Assembly: GCA_965203905.1 (NCBI GenBank)
Contig: CBDBDQ010000005.1
Location: 4,320,001 to 4,384,000 of the forward strand
DNA from: Spirochaetia bacterium
Lineage (GTDB): Bacteria; Spirochaetota; Spirochaetia; SZUA-6; Bin103
Length of the DNA stretch: 64,000 nt
Direction: 5' to 3'
The notes below the pieces were generated by a model that saw nothing but the letters and a program-made list of their open reading frames with translations, had not been told where the DNA came from and did no database searches. The position numbers and the translations under genes are program-made. This document shows, in pieces, positions 47,081 through 56,953 of this stretch. Each line of letters begins with the position of its first letter. Within the stretch, counting starts at the first letter, position 1.

Positions 47081-48517
47081 ATGAGCGACAGTTTCCTCAA
47101 CTCACAGATACGCCGCCTGCGTGAGAGCAAGCAGGTGCGCTACGGCGGCTACGCCCTGCTGACCTCGCTCGGAGCGGTGGCGGTCCTGGTACTGGTCAAT
47201 CTGCTGGTGGACCAGTTCGCGGTGGAGGTGGATCTCACCGAGAACCGCCTGTTCACCCTGTCGGACCAGACCTTCCAGGTGTTGGACGACCTCGCCAGCG
47301 ACGTCACGGTCTACCAGATCGCCACCACCGGGCGCGAGAACCAGCTCGTCGACTCGGTGCTGGAGCGCTATGCGCGGCGCAGCAAGCACGTCAAGCTGGC
47401 CACCCTCGATCCGGAGCGCAACCCCGGTCTGGCGAGCAAGTACGAGGAGGAGGGCCAGGTGCGGCCGGGTGGCCTGATCGTGGACGGCGGCGACCGTTTC
47501 CGGCAGATCAGCCAGTTCGACATCTTCAACGTCAACATGCAGACCCGGCAGGCGACCTCACTCTCCCTGGAGCAGGAGTTGACCGCAGCGATGCTGTACG
47601 TCACCACCGGCGACCTGCCCACGGTCTACGTGCTGGAGGGACACGGCGAGATGTCGCTGTTCCAGCTTGGCCTGCCGGGGCTCAGCGTGCGCGACCTGCT
47701 GGAGAACGAGAACTACGAGGTGGAGACGCTCGACCTGGTCTCGCGCGACGAGATTCCGGAAGGCGTCGACGTGCTGCTGGTGGTCGAGCCGGAGCAGGAT
47801 CTGACCAGCGACGAGGTTCAGCGCCTGGACACCTGGCTGCGCGACGGCGGGCGCGCCGTGTTCGCCCTGCAGGGAGCGCGCCGCACCCCGCTGCCCAACC
47901 TGGCGGAGCTGCTCGCCGGCTTCGGCGTCGAGCTGACCCACGGCATCATCGTGGAGGAGTCCGGCCGCCACACCCCAGACAGCCCCGCGTTCCTGGTGCC
48001 GGAGATGACCAGCCACGAGATCGTGTCGCCGATGCGCTCGGCGCGCCTGTTCACGGTGCTGCCGGCGGCCAGCCCCATCGCGGAGCTGGAGACCAAGCGC
48101 CGCACGCTCAAGGTGGAGTCGTTCCTCGACACCTCGGAGGGTTCGTTCCTGCGCACCGACTTCAACATCAACTCGGTGGAGCAGCAGGAGGGGGAGCCCA
48201 ACGGCCCGTTCTCCGTGGGTGTGGCGATCACCGATAACGACCTCGACGGCTACGTCAAGTCGCGCCTGGTGGTGTTCTCGTCGGTGCTGTTCCTGACCCA
48301 GCCCTACCAGGCCAACTACGACATGCTGCTCAACAGTCTGAGCTGGGCACGCAGCCGCGAGGAGTCGATCTCCATCCGCGCCAAGTCGCTGCGCACCTTC
48401 CCGCTGCGCATCACCCGTCTGGCGGCCCTGATCATCTCCGGCGTCGCCGTGCTGATCATACCGTTGGGCGTGCTGGGGGGCGGCCTGGCGGTGTGGCTGC
48501 GGCGGCGTCACCTGTAA
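47081..48517 (+). CDS. GldG family protein (ABC_transp_aux)
   Basis: 'DLTENRLFTLS..T', 'EQELT', 'GHGE', C-terminal TM ending 'WLRRR'. Confidence 0.88.
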   Translation: MSDSFLNSQIRRLRESKQVRYGGYALLTSLGAVAVLVLVNLLVDQFAVEVDLTENRLFTLSDQTFQVLDDLASDVTVYQIATTGRENQLVDSVLERYARRSKHVKLATLDPERNPGLASKYEEEGQVRPGGLIVDGGDRFRQISQFDIFNVNMQTRQATSLSLEQELTAAMLYVTTGDLPTVYVLEGHGEMSLFQLGLPGLSVRDLLENENYEVETLDLVSRDEIPEGVDVLLVVEPEQDLTSDEVQRLDTWLRDGGRAVFALQGARRTPLPNLAELLAGFGVELTHGIIVEESGRHTPDSPAFLVPEMTSHEIVSPMRSARLFTVLPAASPIAELETKRRTLKVESFLDTSEGSFLRTDFNINSVEQQEGEPNGPFSVGVAITDNDLDGYVKSRLVVFSSVLFLTQPYQANYDMLLNSLSWARSREESISIRAKSLRTFPLRITRLAALIISGVAVLIIPLGVLGGGLAVWLRRRHL

Positions 48518-48530
48518 CGGAGGCGGCTCG

Positions 48531-49979
48531 ATGGCGAATGAGCTTGCGGACCAGGCCCGGACACGAAAGGGCGGGCCGCGGCGCCTGATCGTTCTGGCGG
48601 CGATCGTGGTCGGGGTGGCGGCCCTGGTGGTGCTGCTGATCGTGGTGCAGCGGCGCCCGCCGCCGGTGCCCGAAGCGGACCCGACGCCGCCCAAACCGCA
48701 GATTTCGCGGGTCGAGATCGAGCGCATCGTGGCGGTGTCGTTGACCGGCCCGGGGCGCGAGCAGCCGTTCGGCATGCGGCGCACCGAGTCCGGCTGGGAG
48801 GTGGCCGGGGCGAGCAGCGCGATCCCGATCAAGGAGTCGCGCATCAGGGACATACTGTACAGCTTCGGCAGCCTGTACGCGGAGCGGGTCATCGAGGAGG
48901 AAGCGGCCGATCTGGCTCAGTACGGCCTCGATCCGCCCGCGGTGGTGGCGGTGGCCACGCTGGACGACGACTCCACGATCGAGGTGTACCTCGGCAACCG
49001 CACGCCCGCGGGCAACACCTGGTACCTGGGGCTGCCCGGGAAGCGCATTGTATACTCGGTGTGGACCAATCACGGCAACCACTACTACTACACGGTGGCC
49101 GACCTGCGCGGCGACGAGCTGCCCACGATCAACGCCGAGGCGCTCAGCTACCTGCGGCTGCGGGGGCCGGAGGTGCCCACGATCGAGGTCGTCGAGACCA
49201 ATCCGGTGGACGTGCGCTTCGCCAACCTGCTGACCCGGCTGGCGGTGGTGCAGCCGTACGCGAGTCCGCGCGCCATTGATTCCGAGAAGTTCGCCGAGGT
49301 GCAGTCGCTGGTGGTGCAGCCGCGTATCGACCGCATCGTGAGCGATGATCCGGCGGCGGCCGCCGAGTACGGCCTGGCCCCGCCGCGCATGGAGCTGCTG
49401 GCGCGCGACGCCGAGGGCGCGGTGTTCGAGCTGCTGATTGGCGACGAGGCCGACGACGAGGTGTTCTTCCAGGTGCCGGGCCGCGCCACGGTGTACGCCA
49501 CCAAGCGCTCGCGGACCAGGATCCTCGACCTGCGGCCCTTCGAGCTGGTGGACAAGTTCGTGCTGATCCTCAACATCGAGTTGGTGGATGCGATCGAGAT
49601 CGAGCATCCCGGAGGGGTCAACCGGCTCACCATCGAGCGCACCGGTTCGGGGGACGACCTGGTGGAGTCGTTCGCCGTCGACGGCGCCGCCATCGAGGAC
49701 AAGCCGTTCCGGCAGCTCTATCAGCTTATCATCGGGTTGCTGGCGGACGCCGAGCTGCCGGCGGCCGACCGCGAGGCGATTTTGGCGGCGGCCCCGGAAG
49801 TGCGCATCACCTACCTCATGAACTCACCGCCCGACGCGCGGATGTCGGCGGCGCTGGTGCCCTACGACCGCCAGTTCTTCGCCGCGGTCCGCGACGACAC
49901 CGCGGAGTTCATGGTGTCACGCGCCCAGGTGGCGCGGCTACTGGACGGCCTCGCCGCCCACACCGACAGCGGCGGCTGA
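48531..49979 (+). CDS. DUF4340 domain protein
   Basis: N-terminal TM; two 'YGL..P' repeats (YGLDPP, YGLAPP); follows gldG-like gene. Confidence 0.85.
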   Translation: MANELADQARTRKGGPRRLIVLAAIVVGVAALVVLLIVVQRRPPPVPEADPTPPKPQISRVEIERIVAVSLTGPGREQPFGMRRTESGWEVAGASSAIPIKESRIRDILYSFGSLYAERVIEEEAADLAQYGLDPPAVVAVATLDDDSTIEVYLGNRTPAGNTWYLGLPGKRIVYSVWTNHGNHYYYTVADLRGDELPTINAEALSYLRLRGPEVPTIEVVETNPVDVRFANLLTRLAVVQPYASPRAIDSEKFAEVQSLVVQPRIDRIVSDDPAAAAEYGLAPPRMELLARDAEGAVFELLIGDEADDEVFFQVPGRATVYATKRSRTRILDLRPFELVDKFVLILNIELVDAIEIEHPGGVNRLTIERTGSGDDLVESFAVDGAAIEDKPFRQLYQLIIGLLADAELPAADREAILAAAPEVRITYLMNSPPDARMSAALVPYDRQFFAAVRDDTAEFMVSRAQVARLLDGLAAHTDSGG

Positions 49980-49993
49980 CGCCGGCCACCGCG

Positions 49994-50017
49994 CCGCGGC
50001 GCCGGCTGGTGCCGCGG
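49994..50017. terminator. GC hairpin between convergent genes
   Basis: CCGCGGCGCC-GGCT-GGTGCCGCGG; no U-tract. Confidence 0.4.
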
Positions 50018-50018
50018 G

Positions 50019-50717
50019 TCACCCCGGCGGTGGTGTCCGGTCCGCTTGCACGGAGATGCCCAGCTCGGCCTCGCTGCGGCGGAGGTACAGAGGGGTCAGG
50101 TCGGCGGCCGCGGTGGGGACGCCGCGGGCGGTGAGCTCCAGCAGGCTGGGGGCGGCCGCGGCGGGCAGTTCCCGGTCTACCAGCCAGTCGTTTCCCGGCC
50201 CGCCCGCGAGCCTGGCGGCGAACAGGGCGGCGGCCGGTCCCGTCAGCAGTACCGGCTCGCCGGGCGTGGCCGCGGCCTGCACCGTGGCGGCCAGCGCGCC
50301 GGGGCCCTGGTCGACGTAGGGAGTGACGCGGCGCCCCTGCCGGTAGCAGGCGGCGTAGAAGCGGCGCTTGCGGGCGTCGATCAGCGGCACCACCAGCCCG
50401 GCCGCGTGGCGCCGGGTGTAGGCCAGGGCATCAAGACCGCAGATCCCCACCAGCTTGGCGTTGCCGGCCGCGGCCATCCCCTTGGCGGTGGCGAGCCCGA
50501 TGCGCACCCCCGTGAACGACCCGGGCCCGATGCCGACGCCGATCAGCTCCACCCCGGCGGCCGTCACCCCGAGCTCCGCGGTAACGCGGGCGATCCACGG
50601 TGCGAGCTGCGACGCATGACGCAGCCCGCAGTGAGCATAGTGGGCGGCCCAGGAGTCGCCATCGGCGGCCGCCACCACCAGCGTCTCGGTGGCGGTGTCG
50701 AGGGCCACGAGGGTCAA
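50019..50717 (-). CDS. tsaB: t6A biosynthesis protein TsaB
   Basis: 'ALDTAT', 'GIGPGSFTGVRIG', 'DARK', 'PLYLR.SEAE'; TTG start overlaps the tsaE stop. Confidence 0.93.
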   Translation of the reverse strand: MTLVALDTATETLVVAAADGDSWAAHYAHCGLRHASQLAPWIARVTAELGVTAAGVELIGVGIGPGSFTGVRIGLATAKGMAAAGNAKLVGICGLDALAYTRRHAAGLVVPLIDARKRRFYAACYRQGRRVTPYVDQGPGALAATVQAAATPGEPVLLTGPAAALFAARLAGGPGNDWLVDRELPAAAAPSLLELTARGVPTAAADLTPLYLRRSEAELGISVQADRTPPPG

Positions 50718-51190
50718 GCCTGCTCTCCTGCCGGCTCGACGATTTCCAGCCGGCGGCTCAGGTCGTCGGCGATCTCGATGCGTACCTGGACGGTCTCTTC
50801 GGGAAGCGCGTCGCCGGCGTGCTCGGGCCATTCCACGAGCGCCACGCCCGCGCCATGGATGAAGTCGTCCAACGCCAGGGACGCCAGTTCCGCGGACGAG
50901 TCCACGCGGTACAGGTCGATATGGTAGAAGGTGACCGGAACGCCGCCTTCGAGCGTCCCATCGTATTCCAGCACCAATTGGTAGGTGGGACTGGTAACCG
51001 CCTCCGCAATGCCCATTCCCCGCGCCACGCCCCGGGCGAACGTCGTCTTGCCGGCGCCGAGGGTTCCCTGCAGCGCGATCACGGCACCGTTCCCGGCGGC
51101 CAGCCGGCGGTGCAGGCGGCGCGCAAGCCGCGACCCCGCCGCGACCGTGTCGGCATCGGTGCGGCACACCAGTCGAGTGACTCGCTTCAT
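50714..51190 (-). CDS. tsaE: t6A biosynthesis ATPase TsaE
   Basis: 'GTLGAGKT', 'VTSPTY', 'HIDLYR', 'VEW'. Confidence 0.93.
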   Translation of the reverse strand: MKRVTRLVCRTDADTVAAGSRLARRLHRRLAAGNGAVIALQGTLGAGKTTFARGVARGMGIAEAVTSPTYQLVLEYDGTLEGGVPVTFYHIDLYRVDSSAELASLALDDFIHGAGVALVEWPEHAGDALPEETVQVRIEIADDLSRRLEIVEPAGEQA

Positions 51191-52263
51191 GCGTGCGCCG
51201 CGGGCAGCGCGGCACGAAACTGCTCGACGAAGCCGTACAGCTCGCGCAGGTGGCGCTGCGAGAGCCAGGTGAGCTGAACCTGCATCACTCCGCCCGCGGC
51301 GGGACGGCGCGGGCTGCGCACCACCTTGCCGTACAATGGGATGCGCGCGCTGGAACCGGGCTCGATCTCCAGTCTCACCAGACTCCCGGCGCGAAGCGGC
51401 GCAGTGCTGCGGATGGCGGCCCGCCCCGCCACCACCGATACCAGGGTACCGCGACACTGCTGTTCATCGAGCAGCACCGCTCGCTGGCGCTGCTCTCCGC
51501 CGGCAACCGAGAGCCGCGCAATCACCCGCGTCAACACGCAATGGCGCGGCGGCCGCTGCACTCGTGGTGCCGCCGGCGGCACGGCGCGGGACAGGAGCAG
51601 CGCCTGTCTGCCGCCGACCCAGCCATAGCCGAGTACCGTGGTGAACACGGGAGCGGCGGCTGTCGCCGGCGCTCCCACCCGCACCGTCACCAGCGCACCG
51701 CGATGCCAGCGCACCTCGCCGCCGGCATCGTCGCCGGGGATGCGGCACGCGATCTCGTCGGGCAGGCCGGCAATGACCTCCGACTCGTGGCTGCCGAGCA
51801 ACGCCGGCGTCACCACGATCCTGGTCCCGGCCCCGAGAGACGAGGACGACCCGATCGTGGCCTCGCCGCGCGCCTCGACGCGCGCCTTGATCGACAGCAG
51901 GAGCGCCAGCCGACCGAGGTGGCGGGAGCGGAGCACCGCGGGCAACGCCGCCCGGCCGCGCAGCAACACGCCATCCAGCAGGGCGCGGTTGCGAAACAGA
52001 TCCGTCTCCTGGTGAAAGTGGCCGCCGCCCACCAGGGTCCGCAGCACGCGCAATTCGCGTCCCGTCAGCCGGCAGGCGCGTCCCGCGCGCCGCACTACGC
52101 GAGCGCTGCCGGAAACGGGCTGAGCGCCGGCGCTCCGCTGGTGGCTGCCGAGCGCGACCAGCACCACGATCAGCGTGCCGAACACCGCCACGACCACCCA
52201 GACGGTGCCCGGATCGTGAACCGTCAGGGCCGCAATCAAGACTTCCCGGGTCCGCAGCAGCAT
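51187..52263 (-). CDS. Membrane-anchored protein with a degenerate PilZ-like C-terminus
   Basis: N-terminal TM; C-terminal beta-barrel pattern ('GTLVSV..G.AAI', 'GKVVR', 'VQLT'); position upstream of tsaE. Confidence 0.55.
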   Translation of the reverse strand: MLLRTREVLIAALTVHDPGTVWVVVAVFGTLIVVLVALGSHQRSAGAQPVSGSARVVRRAGRACRLTGRELRVLRTLVGGGHFHQETDLFRNRALLDGVLLRGRAALPAVLRSRHLGRLALLLSIKARVEARGEATIGSSSSLGAGTRIVVTPALLGSHESEVIAGLPDEIACRIPGDDAGGEVRWHRGALVTVRVGAPATAAAPVFTTVLGYGWVGGRQALLLSRAVPPAAPRVQRPPRHCVLTRVIARLSVAGGEQRQRAVLLDEQQCRGTLVSVVAGRAAIRSTAPLRAGSLVRLEIEPGSSARIPLYGKVVRSPRRPAAGGVMQVQLTWLSQRHLRELYGFVEQFRAALPAAHA

Positions 52264-52278
52264 TCCAGGTCCGCGTCG

Positions 52279-53445
52279 CTACGCCCCGGGTAGGGCCCCG
52301 AGCTGGTCCAGGTACTTGGGCGCGAGCGGATCGTTCGGATCCAGCTCCCGGATGGTCTCGAAGTAGCGCCGTGCTTCCTCCAGCAAGCCGCGCTTCATCG
52401 CCAGAATGCCCATATTGGACATGATCTTGGTGTTTTCGGGGTCGAGTTGCAGCGCCGACCTCAGGTTGCGCTCGGATTCCGCGTACTCGCGCAGCTCCAG
52501 GTTGCAGATGGCCAGCTCGTTGTAGGTGTCTGCCATGCCGGCCTGGTCCGCCGCGGTGGCGTGCGTCAGAACCGTCTCGAAGGCACTCTTGGCCGCGGCG
52601 TAGGAACCGGTCCGGCGTAGCGCCCAGCCGCGGACGAAGTGTGCTTGCCACACGTCCGGATGGGCGGCCAGAAAGCTCTCGATCTTGCGCAGCCCTTCAC
52701 GTTCGGAGCCATCGCGCACCAGCTCGTACGCGCGCCGAAAGCTCTCCTCTTCCAGGCCGTCGGCCGTCATCCGGCGCAGGAGATCCTCGGTCTCGGTTCG
52801 GCGCTTCGCGTCAGCTCCATGCTTTACGTACACCTGCAAGTGCGGCCGCGCATCACCGAAACGCCGTTGAGTCAGGTAGAAGTGGGCGAGATTGAGATGC
52901 GCGTCGGCGTGCAGCGGATCCAACTCCAGCACCCGCCGGTAGGCCTGCTCCGCGCTCTGCCGTAGCCGTGCCGCCGCCTCCGGTTCCTCGTTGCGCTCGG
53001 CGGCCGCGGCATGTTCCTCGTAGGCGAAGGCCAGGTTGAGGGCGGTGCCGACATCCTCGGGATTGAGACCCGTGAGGGCCAGGAACAGTTCCTCCGCCAT
53101 CGAGAAGTCGCCGTTGTGGGCCTTGATGATGCCCGCTTCGGTGAGCTCTTCCCTGATGCTGGGCTTGGCGGCACGGATGAAGCTGCGGTAGTACGCCGCG
53201 TCGTGATGCTGCGGCTGGTAGGCGAGAATCTTGAGCATGGCGGCGACGGTGGCGTCCCAGGTCAGATCCTCCGTACTCACCGAGTCGGCGTCCGGTGCCA
53301 GTTCGATGGGGAGCGCCACCTCGGGGTCGACCTTGAACGCTGCCATCCGGTAGTCGAAGTCGCCGGGCAATGAGATGTAGGCCATGCGCGCCAGCGGATC
53401 CCGTGCGCCGTTGTCCACCATGTCGGCAACGATACTACTATCCAT
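52279..53445 (-). CDS. Tetratricopeptide repeat protein
   Basis: Multiple TPRs ('ALQLDPENTKIMSNMG', 'LDPLHADAHLNLA'). Start may be 53421. Confidence 0.85.
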   Translation of the reverse strand: MDSSIVADMVDNGARDPLARMAYISLPGDFDYRMAAFKVDPEVALPIELAPDADSVSTEDLTWDATVAAMLKILAYQPQHHDAAYYRSFIRAAKPSIREELTEAGIIKAHNGDFSMAEELFLALTGLNPEDVGTALNLAFAYEEHAAAAERNEEPEAAARLRQSAEQAYRRVLELDPLHADAHLNLAHFYLTQRRFGDARPHLQVYVKHGADAKRRTETEDLLRRMTADGLEEESFRRAYELVRDGSEREGLRKIESFLAAHPDVWQAHFVRGWALRRTGSYAAAKSAFETVLTHATAADQAGMADTYNELAICNLELREYAESERNLRSALQLDPENTKIMSNMGILAMKRGLLEEARRYFETIRELDPNDPLAPKYLDQLGALPGA

Positions 53446-53638
53446 GTCGCGGAGTCGCCACCGGCCGCGCCGGACCGCAGGCGGGCTCCTCCTGGTGCCA
53501 GCCTCACCGTTCGCTCCCTGCGCCCGAAGACCGTCGCCGGCCGGCACCGCTCTTCGCCCGTCGGGTGAACCCGACAAGCTCCTTGCGGGGCGGCGCGCGG
53601 CCACGTAGGATGCGCCCGGCGCGGCGCAGGAGCGAGCG

Positions 53639-54679
53639 GTGTATTCGGTTGTGGGAATAGGCTACGCGATCATGGATTTCATCGCCCACGTGCCGGCGGC
53701 CGAGGTGCGCGCCAGCGGCGCGCGGCCGGGCACCATGCAGCTGGTCGATCACCGGCGGAGTCGTGCACTGCGCCGCCCGCTGACTCCGGCGCGCATCCTG
53801 CCCGGCGGAAGTTGCGCCAACACGATGCGCGGTCTGGGCTGGCTGCGGGCCGCTCTGGGGGGCGATCTGAAGCCCCCGCTGTTCGTCGGCGTGGTGGGAC
53901 GCGACGAGGAGGGTCGGGCCTACGCCCGTGCGCTTCGGTGCGGGGGCGTAGCGACCGCGGTGCAGCGCCGCTCCGGTGCCACCGCCACCTCCACGGTCCT
54001 GGTCACGCCGGACGGCGAACGTACCATGTTCACCTGTCTTGCCGTGAGCCCCCGGTTCGAGTTGCCGCTGGTGCCTGCGGAGGTGTGGCCCGCGGCTCGC
54101 GCCTGTTACGCCACCGGATTCCTGTGCGACGCTGCCACCAGTCTCGATGCCCTCCGCCGCTGCGCGGCCGAGGCGGTGCGTTGCAGGGTGCCGGTAGTGT
54201 TCGACATCGCCGATCCCCTGGTGGCGGAACGCCATCGTCGCCTCCTGTGTGACTGGATCCCCGGCACCGTAACGGTGCTTCTCGGCAACCGCGAGGAACT
54301 GCAGGTGTTGACCGGCCGCAACGACGACGACGGCGCGCTCGCGGCGGCGGGCGAGCTGGCGCCGGTCGTGGTGATGAAGGTGGGAGCGGCCGGTGCACTG
54401 GTGTGGGAGCCGGGTGGCGTCGAGGCCGTGGCCGGGGTCCCGGTAGCTGCCGTCGACACCACGGGCGCCGGCGATGCGTTCGCCGCCGGATTCCTGTTCC
54501 GCTGGCTGGGGGGGAGCCTCCCGCCGGTCGCGGCCGCCATGGGCAACCTGCTGGCCGCTGCGGTGGTCGCGGTGGAGGGCTGTGACTACGCGCGCCTCGC
54601 CGGCGCCGTCGTGAGCACGGGACGGGCTGCTAAGGGTCAGGTGGCTCCGGGTCGAGGACGCGGTCGATCTGGGCGATGA
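53639..54679 (+). CDS. PfkB family carbohydrate/nucleoside kinase (adenosine kinase-like)
   Basis: 'GGSCANT', 'VGRDEEG', 'DGERTM', 'N.EE', 'DTTGAGDAF'. Confidence 0.88.
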   Translation: MYSVVGIGYAIMDFIAHVPAAEVRASGARPGTMQLVDHRRSRALRRPLTPARILPGGSCANTMRGLGWLRAALGGDLKPPLFVGVVGRDEEGRAYARALRCGGVATAVQRRSGATATSTVLVTPDGERTMFTCLAVSPRFELPLVPAEVWPAARACYATGFLCDAATSLDALRRCAAEAVRCRVPVVFDIADPLVAERHRRLLCDWIPGTVTVLLGNREELQVLTGRNDDDGALAAAGELAPVVVMKVGAAGALVWEPGGVEAVAGVPVAAVDTTGAGDAFAAGFLFRWLGGSLPPVAAAMGNLLAAAVVAVEGCDYARLAGAVVSTGRAAKGQVAPGRGRGRSGR

Positions 54680-54941
54680 GCCGACTCGTGATCTCGCCGG
54701 CCTGACGGGCGTCCTCGGCCGCGGCACCGGTGGCGATGCGTTGCTTGAACAACTCGTCTACGACGTTGAGAGCGACTACGATCGATACCTTGAGCGGATC
54801 GGTCATCGCAATCTTGGCGGCAGTCTCGTCGACGCGTTTGCGAAAGTACTCAATGACGTCACCGAGATAGGCGGGATCTTCCTGGGTGCGGATGGTGAAG
54901 GAGGTGCCCAGCAACTCGATCCTGGTCAGATGTTCGGCCAT
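54630..54941 (-). CDS. zapA: Cell division protein ZapA
   Basis: 'IELLGTSFTI...DP.YL', 'DPLKVSIVVALNVVDEL'. Confidence 0.85.
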   Translation of the reverse strand: MAEHLTRIELLGTSFTIRTQEDPAYLGDVIEYFRKRVDETAAKIAMTDPLKVSIVVALNVVDELFKQRIATGAAAEDARQAGEITSRLIAQIDRVLDPEPPDP

Positions 54942-54988
54942 TGCCTCGTCAACCGCTGCCGTGCCGCCATCGCCCCCGGGCGCCACCG

Positions 54989-55537
54989 CTAAAAAATGTC
55001 GAGCTCCGCACCCTCTCGACTCGGCGGCGCCTCTTCCTCGGTAGTGGCCCTTTCTTCGGTAGTGGGCCCCTCGTCGGTAGTGGCCGCTGCATCCGCTTCG
55101 CCGGATTGTTCCTCGCCGGCGGCGTCCTGCTGCGGCGCTGCCACGTCCTGCTGCGGCGCTGCCCGCTCCGCCGGATCGCCCGCAAGCGGGTGTGCGGCCG
55201 GCGCAGCGGCAGCGGGGGCCGCGGCCACGTCGGGTGCCGGCGGAGAGTCCACCTCCGGGGCCGACAGGTCGACCTCCAACTCTTCCAATTGGTGCAGAGT
55301 ACGGTTGATGGTCGCCTCGATCTCCTCCTGGTCGGTGCGAAGCTGGCTCAGCTTCTGCTCGGCTGCGAGCCGCGCGCTCTCGGACTCCTCCAGCTTGCGC
55401 GCGGTCTCCACGGCGTCGGCGTTGGCGGCCTGCAACTGCGAGGTCAGGGAGGCATTCGTTTCCCGCAACTCCGCCAGCATGCCCAGGGCACGCTCGATTC
55501 TGTTTTCGAGGCGGTGAATCTGCTCTACGCTGATCAT
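54989..55537 (-). CDS. ZapB-like coiled-coil protein
   Basis: 'MISVEQI..LE.RI..A...L..L..N', coiled coil, acidic tail ending 'ELDIF'; lies between rplT and zapA. Confidence 0.75.
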   Translation of the reverse strand: MISVEQIHRLENRIERALGMLAELRETNASLTSQLQAANADAVETARKLEESESARLAAEQKLSQLRTDQEEIEATINRTLHQLEELEVDLSAPEVDSPPAPDVAAAPAAAAPAAHPLAGDPAERAAPQQDVAAPQQDAAGEEQSGEADAAATTDEGPTTEERATTEEEAPPSREGAELDIF

Positions 55538-55917
55538 GATGCGGCGGCGCCTTCTTCCTGGTGCGCGTGCACGGCTGCGCGTGAGATCTCGACCAGTTTG
55601 GAGAACGCTTCCGGATCCTGGATCGCCAGGTTCGACAGAGCCTTCCGATCCAGGCCTATCTGCGCCAGTGCCAATCCGTGCATGAACACCGAATAGCGCG
55701 TCCCGTGCGCCCGGCAGGCCGCCGAAATGCGTGCGATCCACAGCGACCGGAAGTCTCGCTTGCGCCGGCGGCGGTCGCGGTAGGCGTAGACCAGGGCCTT
55801 GGCCACCGCATCCTTGGCCGGACGGAACAGCTTGCTGCGTCGCCCCCAGTAGCCCTTGGCGGACTTGATGATCTTGCGCCGGCGTGCATGACGCCGCCCG
55901 CTCCCGGCTCTCGGCAT
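55534..55917 (-). CDS. rplT: 50S ribosomal protein L20
   Basis: 'AKGYWG.RS', 'YAYRDRR..KRDFR.LWI.RI', 'DRKALS.LA'. Confidence 0.97.
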   Translation of the reverse strand: MPRAGSGRRHARRRKIIKSAKGYWGRRSKLFRPAKDAVAKALVYAYRDRRRRKRDFRSLWIARISAACRAHGTRYSVFMHGLALAQIGLDRKALSNLAIQDPEAFSKLVEISRAAVHAHQEEGAAAS

Positions 55918-55956
55918 GGATTACCTCTCCGTTATGTCTGTCGAGTGGGCGGGACC

Positions 55957-56154
55957 CTATCCGTACGGAATGAGCTGCCGGGCGCGCTTCACCTCGGCTG
56001 AACTCAACGTCGCCGGACGGCGCAGCTTCCGTTTGCGCTTGCGGCTCTTCTTGGTGAGGATATGCCGCAGTCCCTGTTTCTTGTACTTCACCTTGCCGCT
56101 GCCGGTCAAGGCGTACCGCTTGGCGGCGCTCTTACGTGTCTTTATTTTTGGCAC
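55957..56154 (-). CDS. rpmI: 50S ribosomal protein L35
   Basis: 'MPKIKT.K.AAKR', 'HILTKK'. Confidence 0.96.
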   Translation of the reverse strand: MPKIKTRKSAAKRYALTGSGKVKYKKQGLRHILTKKSRKRKRKLRRPATLSSAEVKRARQLIPYG

Positions 56155-56740
56155 GGGCTGTCTCTCGCTTTGGCTGACTTGCAGCTTGCGCCGCGGATCG
56201 CGCGGCGGCCTTGGCCACCGCTTTGGCGGCGGGTCCTGGGCTCAGAAACATCGACATGAAGCGCCCTTCCATCTGCGGCCTCCTCTCCAACACCGCGGCG
56301 TCGACGAGGATCTCGAGAATCCGTCCCAGGACGTCGCGGCCGATCTCGGTGTGTGCCAACTCGCGTCCCCGGAAGCGAATCGTAACCTTGACCTTGTTGC
56401 CTTCCTCCAGGAACTGACGCACCTGCCGCGCCTTGAACTGCAGGTCGTGGGTCTCGATCTTGGGTTGCATGCGAATCTCCTTGAGCTTGCCAAGCTTCTG
56501 CTTGCGCTTCGACTCCTTGATTCGCTTCTCCTGCTCGAACTTGTACTTGCCGTAGTCGAGGATCTTGCACACCGGTGGCCGCGCCATCGGGGAAACCTCG
56601 ACCAGATCCAGGCCGTTCTCGCGAGCCAACTCCATGGCCTGGTCGGTGCTCACGACCCCAGCCTGCCTGCCGTCGGCGCTGATGAGGCGTACTTCCGGCA
56701 CGCGGATCATGTCGTTAATTCTGAGTCTGCGTTCGGCCAA
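56132..56740 (-). CDS. infC: Translation initiation factor IF-3
   Basis: 'RIN..I...EVRLI', 'LDLVEV...PPVCKI.DYGKY', 'FRGRE'; TTG start after AGGAGG. Confidence 0.96.
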   Translation of the reverse strand: MAERRLRINDMIRVPEVRLISADGRQAGVVSTDQAMELARENGLDLVEVSPMARPPVCKILDYGKYKFEQEKRIKESKRKQKLGKLKEIRMQPKIETHDLQFKARQVRQFLEEGNKVKVTIRFRGRELAHTEIGRDVLGRILEILVDAAVLERRPQMEGRFMSMFLSPGPAAKAVAKAAARSAAQAASQPKRETARAKNKDT

Positions 56741-56868
56741 TCGACCTCCTCATAGGCATCGGTGGTGGAGACGACCCCGCCACCAACGTCGGAATATCAT
56801 CCTATTTCGCCCGCAACGGAAGCACCGCCTTCGACTGTCGGTGCCGGCCCCTGCAGGTGTCGGTCATG

Positions 56869-56897
56869 AGTATAGCAAGGTGTCGGCACGCGGTCAA
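56869..56897 (-). promoter_or_regulatory. Sigma70 promoter of the infC operon
   Basis: TTGACC-N17-TATACT with TG extension on the minus strand. Confidence 0.75.
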
Positions 56898-56953
56898 AGT
56901 ACCGTACGCGGCAACGGGGCAGGCGGCACGGCACCCGTGGCGGCTGGCGGACG

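Noticed and set aside
45212-49979. Gliding motility system
   Set aside because: GldAFG-like/DUF4340 ABC operons are widespread in non-gliding bacteria, and no other gld/spr genes are present.
54630-54679. Convergent 50-nt overlap of the pfkB kinase and zapA
   Set aside because: Only low-complexity tails overlap; this is common in GC-rich genomes.
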